From: Pseudomonadota bacterium
GTDB lineage: Bacteria; SZUA-182; DTGQ01
NCBI GenBank assembly: GCA_030625085.1
Contig: DAOURK010000009.1
Span: 1,237 to 65,236, forward strand
Direction: 5' to 3'
Length of the DNA: 64,000 bases
Part shown: positions 39,056 through 49,747 of the stretch, piece after piece
How the letters are laid out: each line of letters begins with the position of its first letter
Numbering within the stretch: the first letter of the stretch is position 1
Position numbers and translations under genes: made by a program
Notes under the pieces: model-generated
Told to the model about the DNA's origin: nothing
The model's input: only the letters and a program-made list of their open reading frames with translations
Database searches by the model: none

Positions 39056-39880
39056 TTATTTATTACATCGTTGATAATAGTACTCTTGCTTCTTTGAGAA
39101 AGGAGATTTGTTCAAGACCGTGCCGATTAAATTCCTTCCTTTAATAAGACGAAGCGCCTTTTCCAACTCATGGCGTTGTGTTTTACCATACTCCACCACC
39201 AGAATAATGCCGTCAACGTATTCGGAAAGAATCAGCGCATCGGCAAAACCCAAAAGAGGGGATGAATCAAAGATAATATAGCGGTCCTTATAGCGGCTCT
39301 TTACCTCCTCCACAAAATTTTTCATTCGGAAAGAGCCCATAAGTTCAGCAGAGTTGCCCACCTTTTTACAGCTCGGCAGCATAGTCAGCTTATTTATTCC
39401 TGGTGAGATAAAAAGATCATTCAGCGGTTTTTTCCCTGAAAGATAATCGGATAAACCCGCCGAGGGAGACAAAGCAAACAGATTGTGCAAAGAGGGCCTT
39501 CTCAAATCTGCGTCAATCAGCAAAACCGTCTGTTGTAATTCCTTAGCCAGACTGATGGCCAGATTGGTCGCAGTAATGCTTTTCCCTTCGTTATCCACAG
39601 CACTGGTTACCAATAAGGTGTTTAAACCCTCTTCCATTGTTTGCTGAAAAATACGAGTTTTTAATATTTTATATTGGTCGGCAATCGATGTGTTATCAAA
39701 AAAGGCAGTTAGTCTATTTTCCTGCAAAGTAGCCTCACTTACCTTGATAACCTTGGTCTGTTCATACTGAATTGAATCTATCCGATTACTGCTCTCTTCA
39801 TTTTCAACTGTATGCCCGGTAGATACAACCTCTTGTCTTTGACTTTTTGCCTTGTTTAATGCTTTTTCAATTTTACTCAT
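39056..39880 (-). CDS. BY-kinase (Wzc/CpsD cytoplasmic tyrosine autokinase)
   Basis: TSAVDNEGKS, LIDADLRRP, IIFDSSP, C-terminal YYY cluster. Confidence 0.9.
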   Translation of the reverse strand: MSKIEKALNKAKSQRQEVVSTGHTVENEESSNRIDSIQYEQTKVIKVSEATLQENRLTAFFDNTSIADQYKILKTRIFQQTMEEGLNTLLVTSAVDNEGKSITATNLAISLAKELQQTVLLIDADLRRPSLHNLFALSPSAGLSDYLSGKKPLNDLFISPGINKLTMLPSCKKVGNSAELMGSFRMKNFVEEVKSRYKDRYIIFDSSPLLGFADALILSEYVDGIILVVEYGKTQRHELEKALRLIKGRNLIGTVLNKSPFSKKQEYYYQRCNK

Positions 39881-39931
39881 TATACTTTCCCATCATTTAA
39901 TAAAATATAATAAAATAAAAATTCACTCCTA

Positions 39932-41698
39932 TTAAAATAAATAATCCAATATCTTAAACCATAAGATATCCAATCGAATAACAAATAGATGGATTAAAAG
40001 AGCCCCGAGAAAAATAATTATAAAAATGGTGACAACTATTACAATTGTTTTATAGCGTTTTTTCCTTTTAGAGGCCGAGGTCTCGATTAAAGAAATGTTG
40101 GCTAAAACCGGTTTATTGGTAAGGTTGGCCAATGCAAGCTCGGAGCGAAAAGACTGATCGGTAAACTCTTTAATGGAGGCACAGCCCACACCGGCCCCCA
40201 GGGCTAATATAAACCCTGTCAGAATAAGGGCCAACCTGTTGGGCTTATGAGGTTCTTCAGGGTACATCCCCGGCTCGATAATAGTAAATTTTTCTCCTAT
40301 CTGCTCTCTTTCCAGGGACTCCGCGGACTTTGATTCCATCAGCTTATTCATGGTTTCCCTGTATCGATTGCGCGCATTCTCATAATCGCGTGTCAACAAA
40401 TTATATTCCATCTCTATTTGGGGCGCCAATTCCAGGCGTTTTTGATAATTGTTAATCATCTCTATCAATGAAATGCTTTGTTTCTTAAGAGATTCCAATT
40501 CCATTACTGCCGTGGCAATCTGGGTGCTCATATTAATGTAGGCCGGATTATCCGAATATTCCGGCACTGCCAGAGTGTCAGTTTTCTCTTCCGCCATCGC
40601 TGCAAGTTCCTGTTCCAGAAGAGAAACTTCTTTTTTGAGCTTAATCACATCCGGATGCTGGGCTGAAAAAACGGCTGTTTTATTCTTCAGCGAGGTCTTA
40701 AGTTCTTGAAGTTGTCTTTGTTTAAGGTAGATGTCATCTTCAGGGCCAACCTCTTTTTCCAGTGATTCAACTATTTTTTTCATCTTGATTACATCCGGAT
40801 GATCTTCGGAAAGAGAAGCCTTCATGGACAAAAAATCTGTGTGTAGGAGCGCCAATCTTTCCCTGGCTTCAACCTGTTTGATGTCATTTGAAAACCGGAG
40901 TCGGTCCTTTTGGAAAGGCATTTGCTGCGCAATTGTGGCCAGTTGGCCTTGCAAATAGATCTTTCGTTCCCGCACGGCTTTTATCTGCTGTTGATTTTGC
41001 TCCAGGTCACGTTCAAAGCGCTGAAGTGTCTGCAAATTAATCTGACTCATTTCCGGCAAAGCTACAAAATGTTTTTCTTTAAACTGAGCGATCTTTGTTT
41101 CCAATTGCGTGATGTCTTCATTCAGGGTTTTCATCTCCCTTTCAAAAAAGCCGGAAGTTGTTTTGGCCTTCTTTTCCCTGTTTTTCAGATTTTCCTCCAA
41201 ATATAACGAAGCCAAGACATTGGCCACCCTCTGGACCTTTTCCGGGTCTTTCCCTTCAAATGAAAGTTTGAAGGCAATGGTGACAATGGAAGGCCTGCCG
41301 GTGCGCTTGTCGGCAACTTGCGTATCTATCATCTCCAGGCTGATACTTTCCCGCATTTCTTCAACAATCTCTTCGATTGTTTCCTTTTTTCGCAGATCAG
41401 CATAAAGATTCAGTTGATTGATAATGGCTAAAAGGTTCCTGCGGCTCATAATCTGTTGGGTAAGCGTTTTTATGGTTTGCTCGGCAAATGAACCGACCGT
41501 GCTCCGGATAAAATCGGGAGGGATCTGTTGACTCTCAATAAGTATAGTGCAGTCGGATTTATATATGGGGGGAAGGACAAAAGCCAATAGTATGGAAATA
41601 AAAAAAACACCTATAAACGGTGCCAGTATATAATTTTTTCGACGTTTAAGAAAATCTAAATAGTTAACATTATTTTGTTCTTGGGGATTCATAGACAT
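39932..41698 (-). CDS. Polysaccharide co-polymerase (Wzz/GumC, Wzc membrane part)
   Basis: Two TM segments around a coiled coil; PPIYKS, HPDVIK, FTIIEP..P..PHKPNR. Confidence 0.9.
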   Translation of the reverse strand: MSMNPQEQNNVNYLDFLKRRKNYILAPFIGVFFISILLAFVLPPIYKSDCTILIESQQIPPDFIRSTVGSFAEQTIKTLTQQIMSRRNLLAIINQLNLYADLRKKETIEEIVEEMRESISLEMIDTQVADKRTGRPSIVTIAFKLSFEGKDPEKVQRVANVLASLYLEENLKNREKKAKTTSGFFEREMKTLNEDITQLETKIAQFKEKHFVALPEMSQINLQTLQRFERDLEQNQQQIKAVRERKIYLQGQLATIAQQMPFQKDRLRFSNDIKQVEARERLALLHTDFLSMKASLSEDHPDVIKMKKIVESLEKEVGPEDDIYLKQRQLQELKTSLKNKTAVFSAQHPDVIKLKKEVSLLEQELAAMAEEKTDTLAVPEYSDNPAYINMSTQIATAVMELESLKKQSISLIEMINNYQKRLELAPQIEMEYNLLTRDYENARNRYRETMNKLMESKSAESLEREQIGEKFTIIEPGMYPEEPHKPNRLALILTGFILALGAGVGCASIKEFTDQSFRSELALANLTNKPVLANISLIETSASKRKKRYKTIVIVVTIFIIIFLGALLIHLFVIRLDILWFKILDYLF

Positions 41699-41704
41699 TA
41701 TTCC

Positions 41705-42922
41705 TTATTTTTGTTCCCAAAAAATCCTGAGTTGTAAATAAATTGTGTTGCGCTTTTGTTTCCTATCGGTTTCTTGGTCGTTAATAATTTTTTGGTGGTT
41801 ATACGTTTCATCATGAATATATCTCAAAGATAAAAAAGCCTGTTTCATTACTCGATAACTCAGTGAAGAACTGAGACGATAATACTCCCTATCAGTATTC
41901 CAGAAATCGCTTTCCGATTTGGAATCATTCCATCTTGCCTTAAAACTGCCGGTTAAAAATCGGGTAATTCTACGCTTTGCCTCAAAAATAATTTTATCTT
42001 GCTCGATTAGCTCTCCATACAACCCCGAGGAAACAATATCTCTACTAAAAGTCAACTTTAGAAGGCCCCCGGGATACTCTGAAGTGAAGCTCAGGAGGCC
42101 GAATCCCTTCCTCTTTATATTCCCCCTGCTTCGGTTAAAAAAACGCGCCCGAGTATAGCGTAAACCAGTTTGCGCTGCTATTTTAAAGACTTGTGAATAC
42201 TCATACTCTGCTCCTAAAAGAGAACGATAACTATCCGCATAATCGACATCTGAAGGATCTAAATTATATTCAAAATTATATCGAGAATAACCAACCTGCC
42301 ATAATAAAACCTTCCGCGCATCTTTCATCTTGTGCAAAACCTGCGCCATAGTGTCCTGTATCTGGAAATTTGAATAATCCTGGTGAGAATCATACCAAAC
42401 CTTTGTGTTGTCATAAGAAAAATCAAGGCTGGTTTTTTCGGTAAAAAACCATGAAATAGCTGGCTTTATATTATGTTTTTTTCGCCCCAGGCGACTAAAA
42501 ACAATGCCTTTTTCCTCTATCTCACTATCCAGGGTTGTATCGCTTATGAAGGAACTTAAAAAATTGATGTTAAAAAATTCAGTGCCCTGGAAATCATAGA
42601 AAAGTTTATATTTCTGATTGACTGTATCAAGCTCATCTTTCTTAGTATATTCAAGAAAATTTATTTCAGCCTCAGCATTCAATTCATTCCTAAGGGTATT
42701 GTGTTTTAGTTTAATGCCGGGTGAAAGAGTGAAAATCCAATCCCCTTCTTCATTTACCGAGCTAAAATTAACATTATCGGTATATTCGTGTTTCATTGTT
42801 ACCTGCGTATCCCATTTAATCGCATTGGCCCAACCTTCGCTTAATAGAATAGACAAGCTCATAATTAATATAATTAGTATTAAAAAATTAATAAATTTCA
42901 TGCAAGACATCCATCTGCTCAC
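41705..42922 (-). CDS. Outer-membrane beta-barrel protein of the EPS export system
   Basis: Signal peptide, EYTDNVNF start, amphipathic strands, terminal NTIYLQLRIFW; lies between wza and wzc. Confidence 0.75.
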   Translation of the reverse strand: MSRWMSCMKFINFLILIILIMSLSILLSEGWANAIKWDTQVTMKHEYTDNVNFSSVNEEGDWIFTLSPGIKLKHNTLRNELNAEAEINFLEYTKKDELDTVNQKYKLFYDFQGTEFFNINFLSSFISDTTLDSEIEEKGIVFSRLGRKKHNIKPAISWFFTEKTSLDFSYDNTKVWYDSHQDYSNFQIQDTMAQVLHKMKDARKVLLWQVGYSRYNFEYNLDPSDVDYADSYRSLLGAEYEYSQVFKIAAQTGLRYTRARFFNRSRGNIKRKGFGLLSFTSEYPGGLLKLTFSRDIVSSGLYGELIEQDKIIFEAKRRITRFLTGSFKARWNDSKSESDFWNTDREYYRLSSSLSYRVMKQAFLSLRYIHDETYNHQKIINDQETDRKQKRNTIYLQLRIFWEQK

Positions 42923-42995
42923 CAGACCCCCTTTTTAAGACTGCCGCCACTTTAAGGGACAACCACCACTATCTTAAGGTACCATCAACTCCATC

Positions 42996-43571
42996 TTAAG
43001 GGACCACCAACACATCTCCGCTGTGAAGCGGTATATTTTGTTCAAGAAATTCACCTTTCTCTATTTTTTCATAATTAAAGCGTATTCTGATATGTTGACT
43101 ATTTTCATTTCTAAGAATTAAGATTTTTTTTGCTTTGGCAAATGGGGTAAGACCACCGGCCAGAGCAAGGGCCTGTAATACATTAAGCGGCTTGCCGATA
43201 CTGTATACTCCAGGTCGAGCAACCTTGCCCAGCACATAAATTTTCAGGCTGTTTACCTTAATAACCATAACCGTCACAACAACGTCAGGGATAAATTTTT
43301 CGAGGCCGGACTTTAATTCCTTTTCTAATTCTTCTACTGAGACGCCGCCGGCCCTTAATTCGCCGATAAGGGGAAAGGATATTTTCCCGTCGGGCCTTAC
43401 GACCACTTCTTTCGTTAGACTCGGGTCTTTCCAAACTGAAATTTCCAGGATGTCTTCAGGGCCTATTAAGTAAGTTTTGTCTGTTTTCTCAGCCGAGGAA
43501 AAAACAGGATATAGTAAAATAAAATGGGCCATTAATAAGGCCGGCAACAAAAACTTTGCTAATTTTGGCAT
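42996..43571 (-). CDS. Polysaccharide export protein (Wza/OPX, SLBB domain)
   Basis: YLIGPEDILEISVW, VRPDGKISFPLIG, ALALAGGLT, GDVLVVP. Start MPKLAK at 43571 with SD GGAGG. Confidence 0.9.
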   Translation of the reverse strand: MPKLAKFLLPALLMAHFILLYPVFSSAEKTDKTYLIGPEDILEISVWKDPSLTKEVVVRPDGKISFPLIGELRAGGVSVEELEKELKSGLEKFIPDVVVTVMVIKVNSLKIYVLGKVARPGVYSIGKPLNVLQALALAGGLTPFAKAKKILILRNENSQHIRIRFNYEKIEKGEFLEQNIPLHSGDVLVVP

Positions 43572-43716
43572 ATAGACCTCCCTTAATATCTGTTCGAAAA
43601 TAACCATATAACACTTTAAAAAATAACACATTCATAATTCGTGGTGGCTCAGAGAGCCATGAGTGTTTATTCGTGAATTAAATTAAGCTGGTAAGCTCAT
43701 TATAGATTTTCAGAAT

Positions 43717-44135
43717 ATCGATGAAATCGTAAAAAGTCTCATCAACGTGTCATTTCGATAGCTCATCAGCTAGCGCCGGCAAGATAGATTTTAAGATTTT
43801 AGATACAGCTTCGCCCCTTTGATTACTTGATAGATAGGTTATGCAATATACAGTCAATATAGAGATTTTTCGTAAATCAAATTTCCTTGACAACTACCTC
43901 CTCACCCCTTTCAATAACAGGCAAAGAATTCGATAAATATTTTCCTACAAATCCATATATAAATATAAACAATTATAAATATAAACAATATATACGATTT
44001 TAAAAAAAACAGCAATAATTATACCACTCATTGCTTTTAAAGGAAAAATTTTTCAGGAAAAAAAATTTAACAGAGTTCTCACCTTTATTGAAGTCGAGAT
44101 GACACGTTGGTGCGACTTTCTACGCCTTCATCGAT
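43717..44135. mobile_element. 419-bp element bounded by 43-bp imperfect inverted repeats (MITE/REPIN-like)
   Basis: Left ATCGATGAAATCGTAAAAAGTCTCATCAACGTGTCATTTCGAT (43717-43759). Reverse complement of right (44093-44135) ATCGATGAAGGCGTAGAAAGTCGCACCAACGTGTCATCTCGAC. 36/43 identical. Confidence 0.7.
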
Positions 44136-44342
44136 TATGTTACTTTAAAAAGTAATGGATCGAATACTGAGATAAAAAATTCTAAAAAATATATGATATT
44201 TTTTAAATCTGTTTTTATATTATATTTGAAAAACAAAAATATTGCAAATCTATTCGCAATAATGAAACACCCAGCCCGTCAGGCAAACGAAAAAGCATGG
44301 CCAATAATGTCCCTGCTTTTTTCTGAAAAATTTGCCCTGATA

Positions 44343-44575
44343 CTAACCAAAAAACTTCCTTTTTATGCCTGCAAGTCCTATCAGACTAATGCTTAGGAAC
44401 AAAAAAGCACCTGGGATGGGGATTGAGTGGCCGGTGATAACAAAGGCCATATCAAGGGATTCGTGAGTAAATGGATCATCAATATTTTCCAGGTTGTACT
44501 GAAAGATCATATTATGATTATTTGGAATCGGGGGTTCTTCCATAGGGTTAAGCCAACCTTGCGGACCGTCTCCAT
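44343..44575 (-). pseudogene. 3' fragment of a VPLPA/PEP-CTERM protein
   Basis: ...SLDMAFVITGHS-IPIPGAFLFLSISLIGLAGIKRK; no signal peptide. Confidence 0.75.
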
Positions 44576-45409
44576 ATGGTAATGTCGGCATCGGCACGAT
44601 GAGTCCATCTTACAAACTTCACGTTGTTGGTACTGCCTATGCTGTCGGACGGCCCGCACTTCTTTAATGCCAAACTTTACAAATGGCTGGTTCTTTTTGG
44701 ATTAAGCTCAATTGAAAAATCCGCAGACCTTATTAAAAAAACTGAATTAAAATTTAAATTGTACTATTTTAAAAAAGTATGCTAAAATGATATCGATTAA
44801 GAAAATTCCACTTACAATTTCAGAGGTGCGGATTTTCTTCGGAAGTCCAAAAACTGGCTTTATCGCCGTTGGAGAAATCTTGCGCCGTTAAGCTTGGCGA
44901 GTCTATTAGTTTTCCGTCCAGGAAAAAATTATATGAGCGTCTGTTCCATTTTTAGGCTTTTTTTGAACAACTGGCAAAGTACATTCATTGAATTTTAATC
45001 GAGATAATATTTTAAGCCCATGAATTTTATTGCTCTTACAAATAACAATAAATATTTATCCCAAAAATTTAAAAATCTCTCCCACAACAACTACTATATC
45101 AAAAATTCTAGAATAAATTATCTTATCCTTTTTTTAACAATGTTTAATTAACGTCTAATTAAAGTGCTATCTTTACACCATAGAGTTAAAAATTAAAAGT
45201 TCAACCAGGCGATACCTTTTAGAACTTCGCCTAACCCGATACTATCGTAGCTCATTAGACAAAGTTCGCTGATCTTAATTCGAAAAATACATTTGCAATG
45301 CAGTTCAAAAAAGCGGTAGTGAAAAAGAATAAATGAAAGCAAATGAGGTAGTATAGTTACACTATGTTTCCTGTATTTGCTGACTAAAAAAGGAGGGAAG
45401 GGGAAAAAA

Positions 45410-45985
45410 ATGAGTAAATTAGCAAAAATTTTAAGTGTGATCGTATGTATGTTAACTGTACAGTTCCTGATAGTACTTGATATACAAGCAGTTCCTACAG
45501 GATTTGAAGAATATTTGCATGTCAAAGCCATGATTGATGGAAGTGATTGGTTTGAGATGCAGGAAAATCTGTGGAGATGGCAACATAGAAATTATGAGAT
45601 TCCTGAAACCTTTTATGATATCGATAAAACCATTGTGAATGGTCAAGAATTTCTCTCTGAATGGCCCAATGGTGAAGATTATTTAGACTATTCAGCCTAT
45701 AATGAAGTGCTAGGACTTCCAACCATAGAGGAACGTTTTGGTCCTGATGTCGAAGTATTCCTAGATGTGCTGGATGCTCGTTGGTTGATAACTTTGGAGC
45801 AGTCTCCATCAATGCTAAATGGCTATACTTTGCGAATTTTACTGGATGATGATCCTAAATTTGGGGCTGATTTTTATGAATTTAAAATTTGGGCAAAGGG
45901 AAACCCTGTTCCAATACCAGGAACTTTTTTCCTTCTCGGCTTTTCTATGTTTGGGTTGCTGGCGTTGAAACGTAAATGCTGTTGA
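45410..45985 (+). CDS. VPLPA-CTERM surface protein
   Basis: Signal peptide MSKLAKILSVIVCML..IQA; tail VPIPGTFFLLGFSMFGLLALKRK. Confidence 0.85.
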   Translation: MSKLAKILSVIVCMLTVQFLIVLDIQAVPTGFEEYLHVKAMIDGSDWFEMQENLWRWQHRNYEIPETFYDIDKTIVNGQEFLSEWPNGEDYLDYSAYNEVLGLPTIEERFGPDVEVFLDVLDARWLITLEQSPSMLNGYTLRILLDDDPKFGADFYEFKIWAKGNPVPIPGTFFLLGFSMFGLLALKRKCC

Positions 45986-46384
45986 ATAAACCCTTCAGGG
46001 TTCCCTTATTCAAAAAGAGACTGAATTTTTGTAACTATTTAATAGTAAAGATTTTTTTCATATGCTTGCTAAGATAACAAATGCATTTGGGTTCCCTGAT
46101 CGAAGGGGTGGTAGTAGAAAAGAATAAGCGTTTGCGGTACAAGGGACGGGAATAGATTTGTGTTCACTGTTCGATAGAGCGTAGTAAAAAATCAAAACTC
46201 ATTGTTAAACAATATATTATCTAAAGCTAATTCACTGGGCTGACTATTAGTATGGCGAAAATTATTGCTAAGATCAACTTTTACCTGCATCAATTAATCC
46301 GGGCTATGCCAATTATGCCAGCCAGTGATCACAGATGTTCGGTGGGATATGCCCTCCGGACGTAACATAAAAGGAAAAAGCAAA

Positions 46385-47176
46385 ATGAAGAAAAGGTTTT
46401 TACTAAATGTCGGAGCAGGGTTAGTGAACTGAGCAAGATCAATAGGTATCTATCCAATTGCAATATTGTACCTATTCTTAATTACATCACCTTCATTTGC
46501 CTCTGTGGTTGTCTATTCAAACCTCGGACCCGGTGATGAATATTCAGTAAACAATGGCTGGCAGGCGGCCGGTTATCCTTTTGGCCCCAATGAAACATCT
46601 TTGAATCGTGCTTATGGTTTCACTTCTACTGGTAACTTTGCCTTAGATTCGATTGAATTGGCAGTATCTGATATCAGCTTCGGAGTTGGTCAACCTGATA
46701 TCGACGTTGCGATTTATTCAAATTCAGTGCATTTCGCCGGAGGTCGCCCAGAATCCATTTTGGCTTCGACCACTATAACAACACCTGCGTCCACCAGTTG
46801 CACGCCTGGGACAGAGGGCTGTTCCCCATTTGGGCAGTCACTTCCTGCACTCACCACTGTTGTTTTTTTAGAGCAGGTCCTGTTGAATCAAGGTGAAATA
46901 TATTGGCTTGGAATCCATCCGGCTGTTCCACAACCAACTGATGTTGCTTGGTGGTGGAACTTTTTTGAATCGGGACGAAAATCACTTGCTTGGTTTAGCG
47001 GAAGTGCTGACAACCCAAATGAAGCACTCCTAGGTAATGGTTTCCAGCACTACACGATTCAGATCGAGGGTGCCTATCGTGTAAATGCGTCACCTGTCCC
47101 ATTACCTTCCTCAATACTTTTTTTTGGCATTGCCATAGCAGGTCTTGCCGGTATTAAAATCAGGAGAAAATCTTAG
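46385..47176 (+). CDS. VPLPA-CTERM surface protein with an in-frame TGA at codon 16 (possible pseudogene, or TTG start at 46466)
   Basis: ATG 46385 MKKRFLLNVGAGLVN*ARSIGIYPIAILYLFLITSPSFA is in frame with the downstream ORF; tail VPLPSSILFFGIAIAGLAGIKIRRK. Confidence 0.75.
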
Positions 47177-47439
47177 CAATAGCTGCAATAGCTGAAACGG
47201 AGACAGGGTCATCGTCGCCCTTCCTATTCAATATCAACCCTCGGAATCACCGAACCAGACGCTTGAGTGGGTGCGGGGAACTTCTGAAAAACCCACATAG
47301 GCCTTCTTGTATATCGGAAGATGCTCATAGCGGGCCATAGGCGTTGTTTTTTCCTGTTTACTGAATTCGGGAAAAGCAGGGGGGGAAAATCCCCCCTGCA
47401 CCCCCCTTTATAAATTACCAAATTACTCGAATCATCAAA

Positions 47440-48075
47440 TTACCCATGCCGCCGCCCAAACCTGTTCACACCCATAACCCCCAACAAACCGGAAACCAGA
47501 AACAATATTGTTCCCGGCACAGGTACGGGGGCAGCGCCAACATCGCCGTCACGAACAGCCCAAGCGTAAAACGGTGCGTTCTCGTTGTATTCTTTTGTCC
47601 AGCCAGAGCTAAAATAAGTGACCCATGCGTAGTCTAGGCCGTAATTACCAAAAAATGTGCTAGTCCAATATGCGGATTCTTGAATATTCTCAAAGAGGTC
47701 AAGATCTGGGTCTGAACTTGATAGAATAGAGCTCCATAACACTCCACCCAGTTCTTCATAAAACAGATGCCCCATCTCACTGCCTCGGGCTTCACGGGTA
47801 GTAGGAGGCAAACCGTTCTCATCCAATGCAGTTGGTAGCCGCCAGTCATCCCAGGTGACGTCCCGGACCGAATCATCATAGGTAAAAGCATCAATCCAGG
47901 ATTTAGCATCAACCCAATTCATAGTTTTGCTGGCATAGTTGGCATTATGAAGCCAGGTGATGTCAAGGGTATCACAGTAAATTAATCCGCTGCCGCGATC
48001 AATTAAGGCGGCTTCCGCCAAAACAGATATCCCAAAAACCATTACCAAAGTCATGGCAAAAGCAATCTTCCTCAT
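47440..48075 (-). CDS. VPLPA-CTERM surface protein (DUF1566-like passenger)
   Basis: AALIDRGSGLIYCDTLDITWL, DDWRLPT, SEMGHLFY, YAWAVRDGDV; tail VPVPGTILFLVSGLLGVMGVNRFGRR. Confidence 0.85.
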   Translation of the reverse strand: MRKIAFAMTLVMVFGISVLAEAALIDRGSGLIYCDTLDITWLHNANYASKTMNWVDAKSWIDAFTYDDSVRDVTWDDWRLPTALDENGLPPTTREARGSEMGHLFYEELGGVLWSSILSSSDPDLDLFENIQESAYWTSTFFGNYGLDYAWVTYFSSGWTKEYNENAPFYAWAVRDGDVGAAPVPVPGTILFLVSGLLGVMGVNRFGRRHG

Positions 48076-49099
48076 TATATCCTTCCTTTATTATTTTTAC
48101 TCTCCAGATCTTTAAATTACTCCCCCCACACCTTTATTCATTTCTTGTCCCTTTTCTCCCCTCCTTTTACATAATTCAGGTTTAAGGTGATAATACAGCT
48201 ACCCTTTTATAGTTTATTGCTTATCTATTTTTACTGTATAAATGATAACGTATAAAATAATACCGGATTAAGTCAGCAGCAGACAACTTTGTACTCCTGC
48301 ACAACTTATAGATAGGATAAATTTTGATTGATTTTAGTATAACACATATTTATTTTGATTAGGTAATTTTTTTAATAAAGAGGACACTTCCAGTTGGCCT
48401 ATTGCTAGTTCTTTGGATTAAAAAACAGAGGAGATTTTTTTAAGCAATACCAAATGGAAAGAAGTTTTAGGTAAAATCGTCCTTGGAATATCAACAGAAT
48501 AGCCAAGATTTTCTCCGACCTTTCGTTCACTAATATCTTATTTCGCGCGGCGGATGGATGTTGGTGGCTTTAAAAATCCTAAGCAGCAAAGAGAAAAACA
48601 AGCGGAGTGGGATCAACAAGTTGCGGTTTCTTTTTTATTGGATATTGATTGGAGTATCCCACGGGAGATCGAAGAAGTTAGGCTTTTGGAAATGCATGAA
48701 CAGAAGAGTGTTAGTAATAGCAAGGTAAGCGTAGTTTATCCATACCAATAACAACCCATCCTGTCTTCCTGCAGAAAGCTTGTATCTGGTTTGTTTTAAT
48801 CAAACGATCGCGAGGAACCAGGGCTTTATATAATCGCATTTATCATTATGATATTTTACTCTGATGAGCATTTCATTTCTCCCCAGGAAGAAATAAAGAA
48901 CCCACCAACCTTAAAAGGCTGATGGGCAAGGTTAGATATATTACCATATTTATTGTACGCAGATATATATAGAATAATCAAGAGGTGGGGAAAATCATCA
49001 TTATAAGCAATAAGGGCAGCTTTGGGAAAAATGAATTACAGGCCCCAAAGCTATTCATGAACTTACAATGCTGGCGGCGTATAATATTCTCTTTTTTAA

Positions 49100-49687
49100 T
49101 CAACTAAACTTCTTCTTAATCCCTACTATTCCCAACATACCAGAGAGGAGAAGTAAACAAGTGGACGGTATGGGGACGGGATCTACTGGTGTTGGTGTGT
49201 CCGAGAAGGTTCCGGCTTGGATAAAAACCGCTGCATCTAATGCAGCATCGGAACCGTCGGCAATCACAAATTTCATATGATGTGTTCCTGATCCAAGACC
49301 TAAAATAGATGCACTAATAACATCAGTGAATCCATCATATTCTAAATCGAAGGGCGACGGATTTATGTTATTATTGTAATAATCAGAATTAGTAATTGGG
49401 TTGACAGTATTGATTGTTATTGGATCTGATGTTCCTGGAACTAACCCAATATTAATTCCATCCACAAACAAACCAAATACATCATTGAATTCTGTGTTTA
49501 CATAATCAATATACTCTTCAGATGCAAAAACGAAGTTGAAAAACAGATCACCGGTTGTTTCAAAGTCGAACTCAAGTTTGATGGCATCATAAGTATCAAA
49601 GCCAGCTAAAGCGGTAAGATCGGTATCCCCTACCAGACCAATTTCAGTAGAGGTATCATCATCTTCTCCTTCTCCCCCACCTAACAT
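49100..49687 (-). pseudogene. 5'-truncated VPLPA-CTERM protein with a choice-of-anchor L-like domain
   Basis: FNFVFASEEY...FNDVFG...ITINTVN...EYDGFT...IAD..D...DAAVFI; tail VPIPSTCLLLLSGMLGIVGIKKK; no signal peptide. Confidence 0.75.
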
Positions 49688-49747
49688 CCCCTATCCAGGG
49701 GGAGGGACAACTGTAAAGAGCTTAGGATAATGTTGATGTAAACCGGA

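Noticed and set aside
46253-46268. Sigma-54 promoter TGGCGAAAATTATTGC upstream of a CTERM gene
   Set aside because: GG-to-GC spacing is 11 nt rather than the required 10; not called.
46280-46340. Possible c-di-GMP-I riboswitch (TATGCCAGCCAG resembles its 3' end)
   Set aside because: I could not find the 5' GGCAAA/GAAA P1-P2 elements. An Infernal search with the c-di-GMP-I model would decide.
48480-49060. Intergenic stretch with a 65-aa ORF at 48554
   Set aside because: It may be a decayed gene, but I recognised no motif, so no call is supported.
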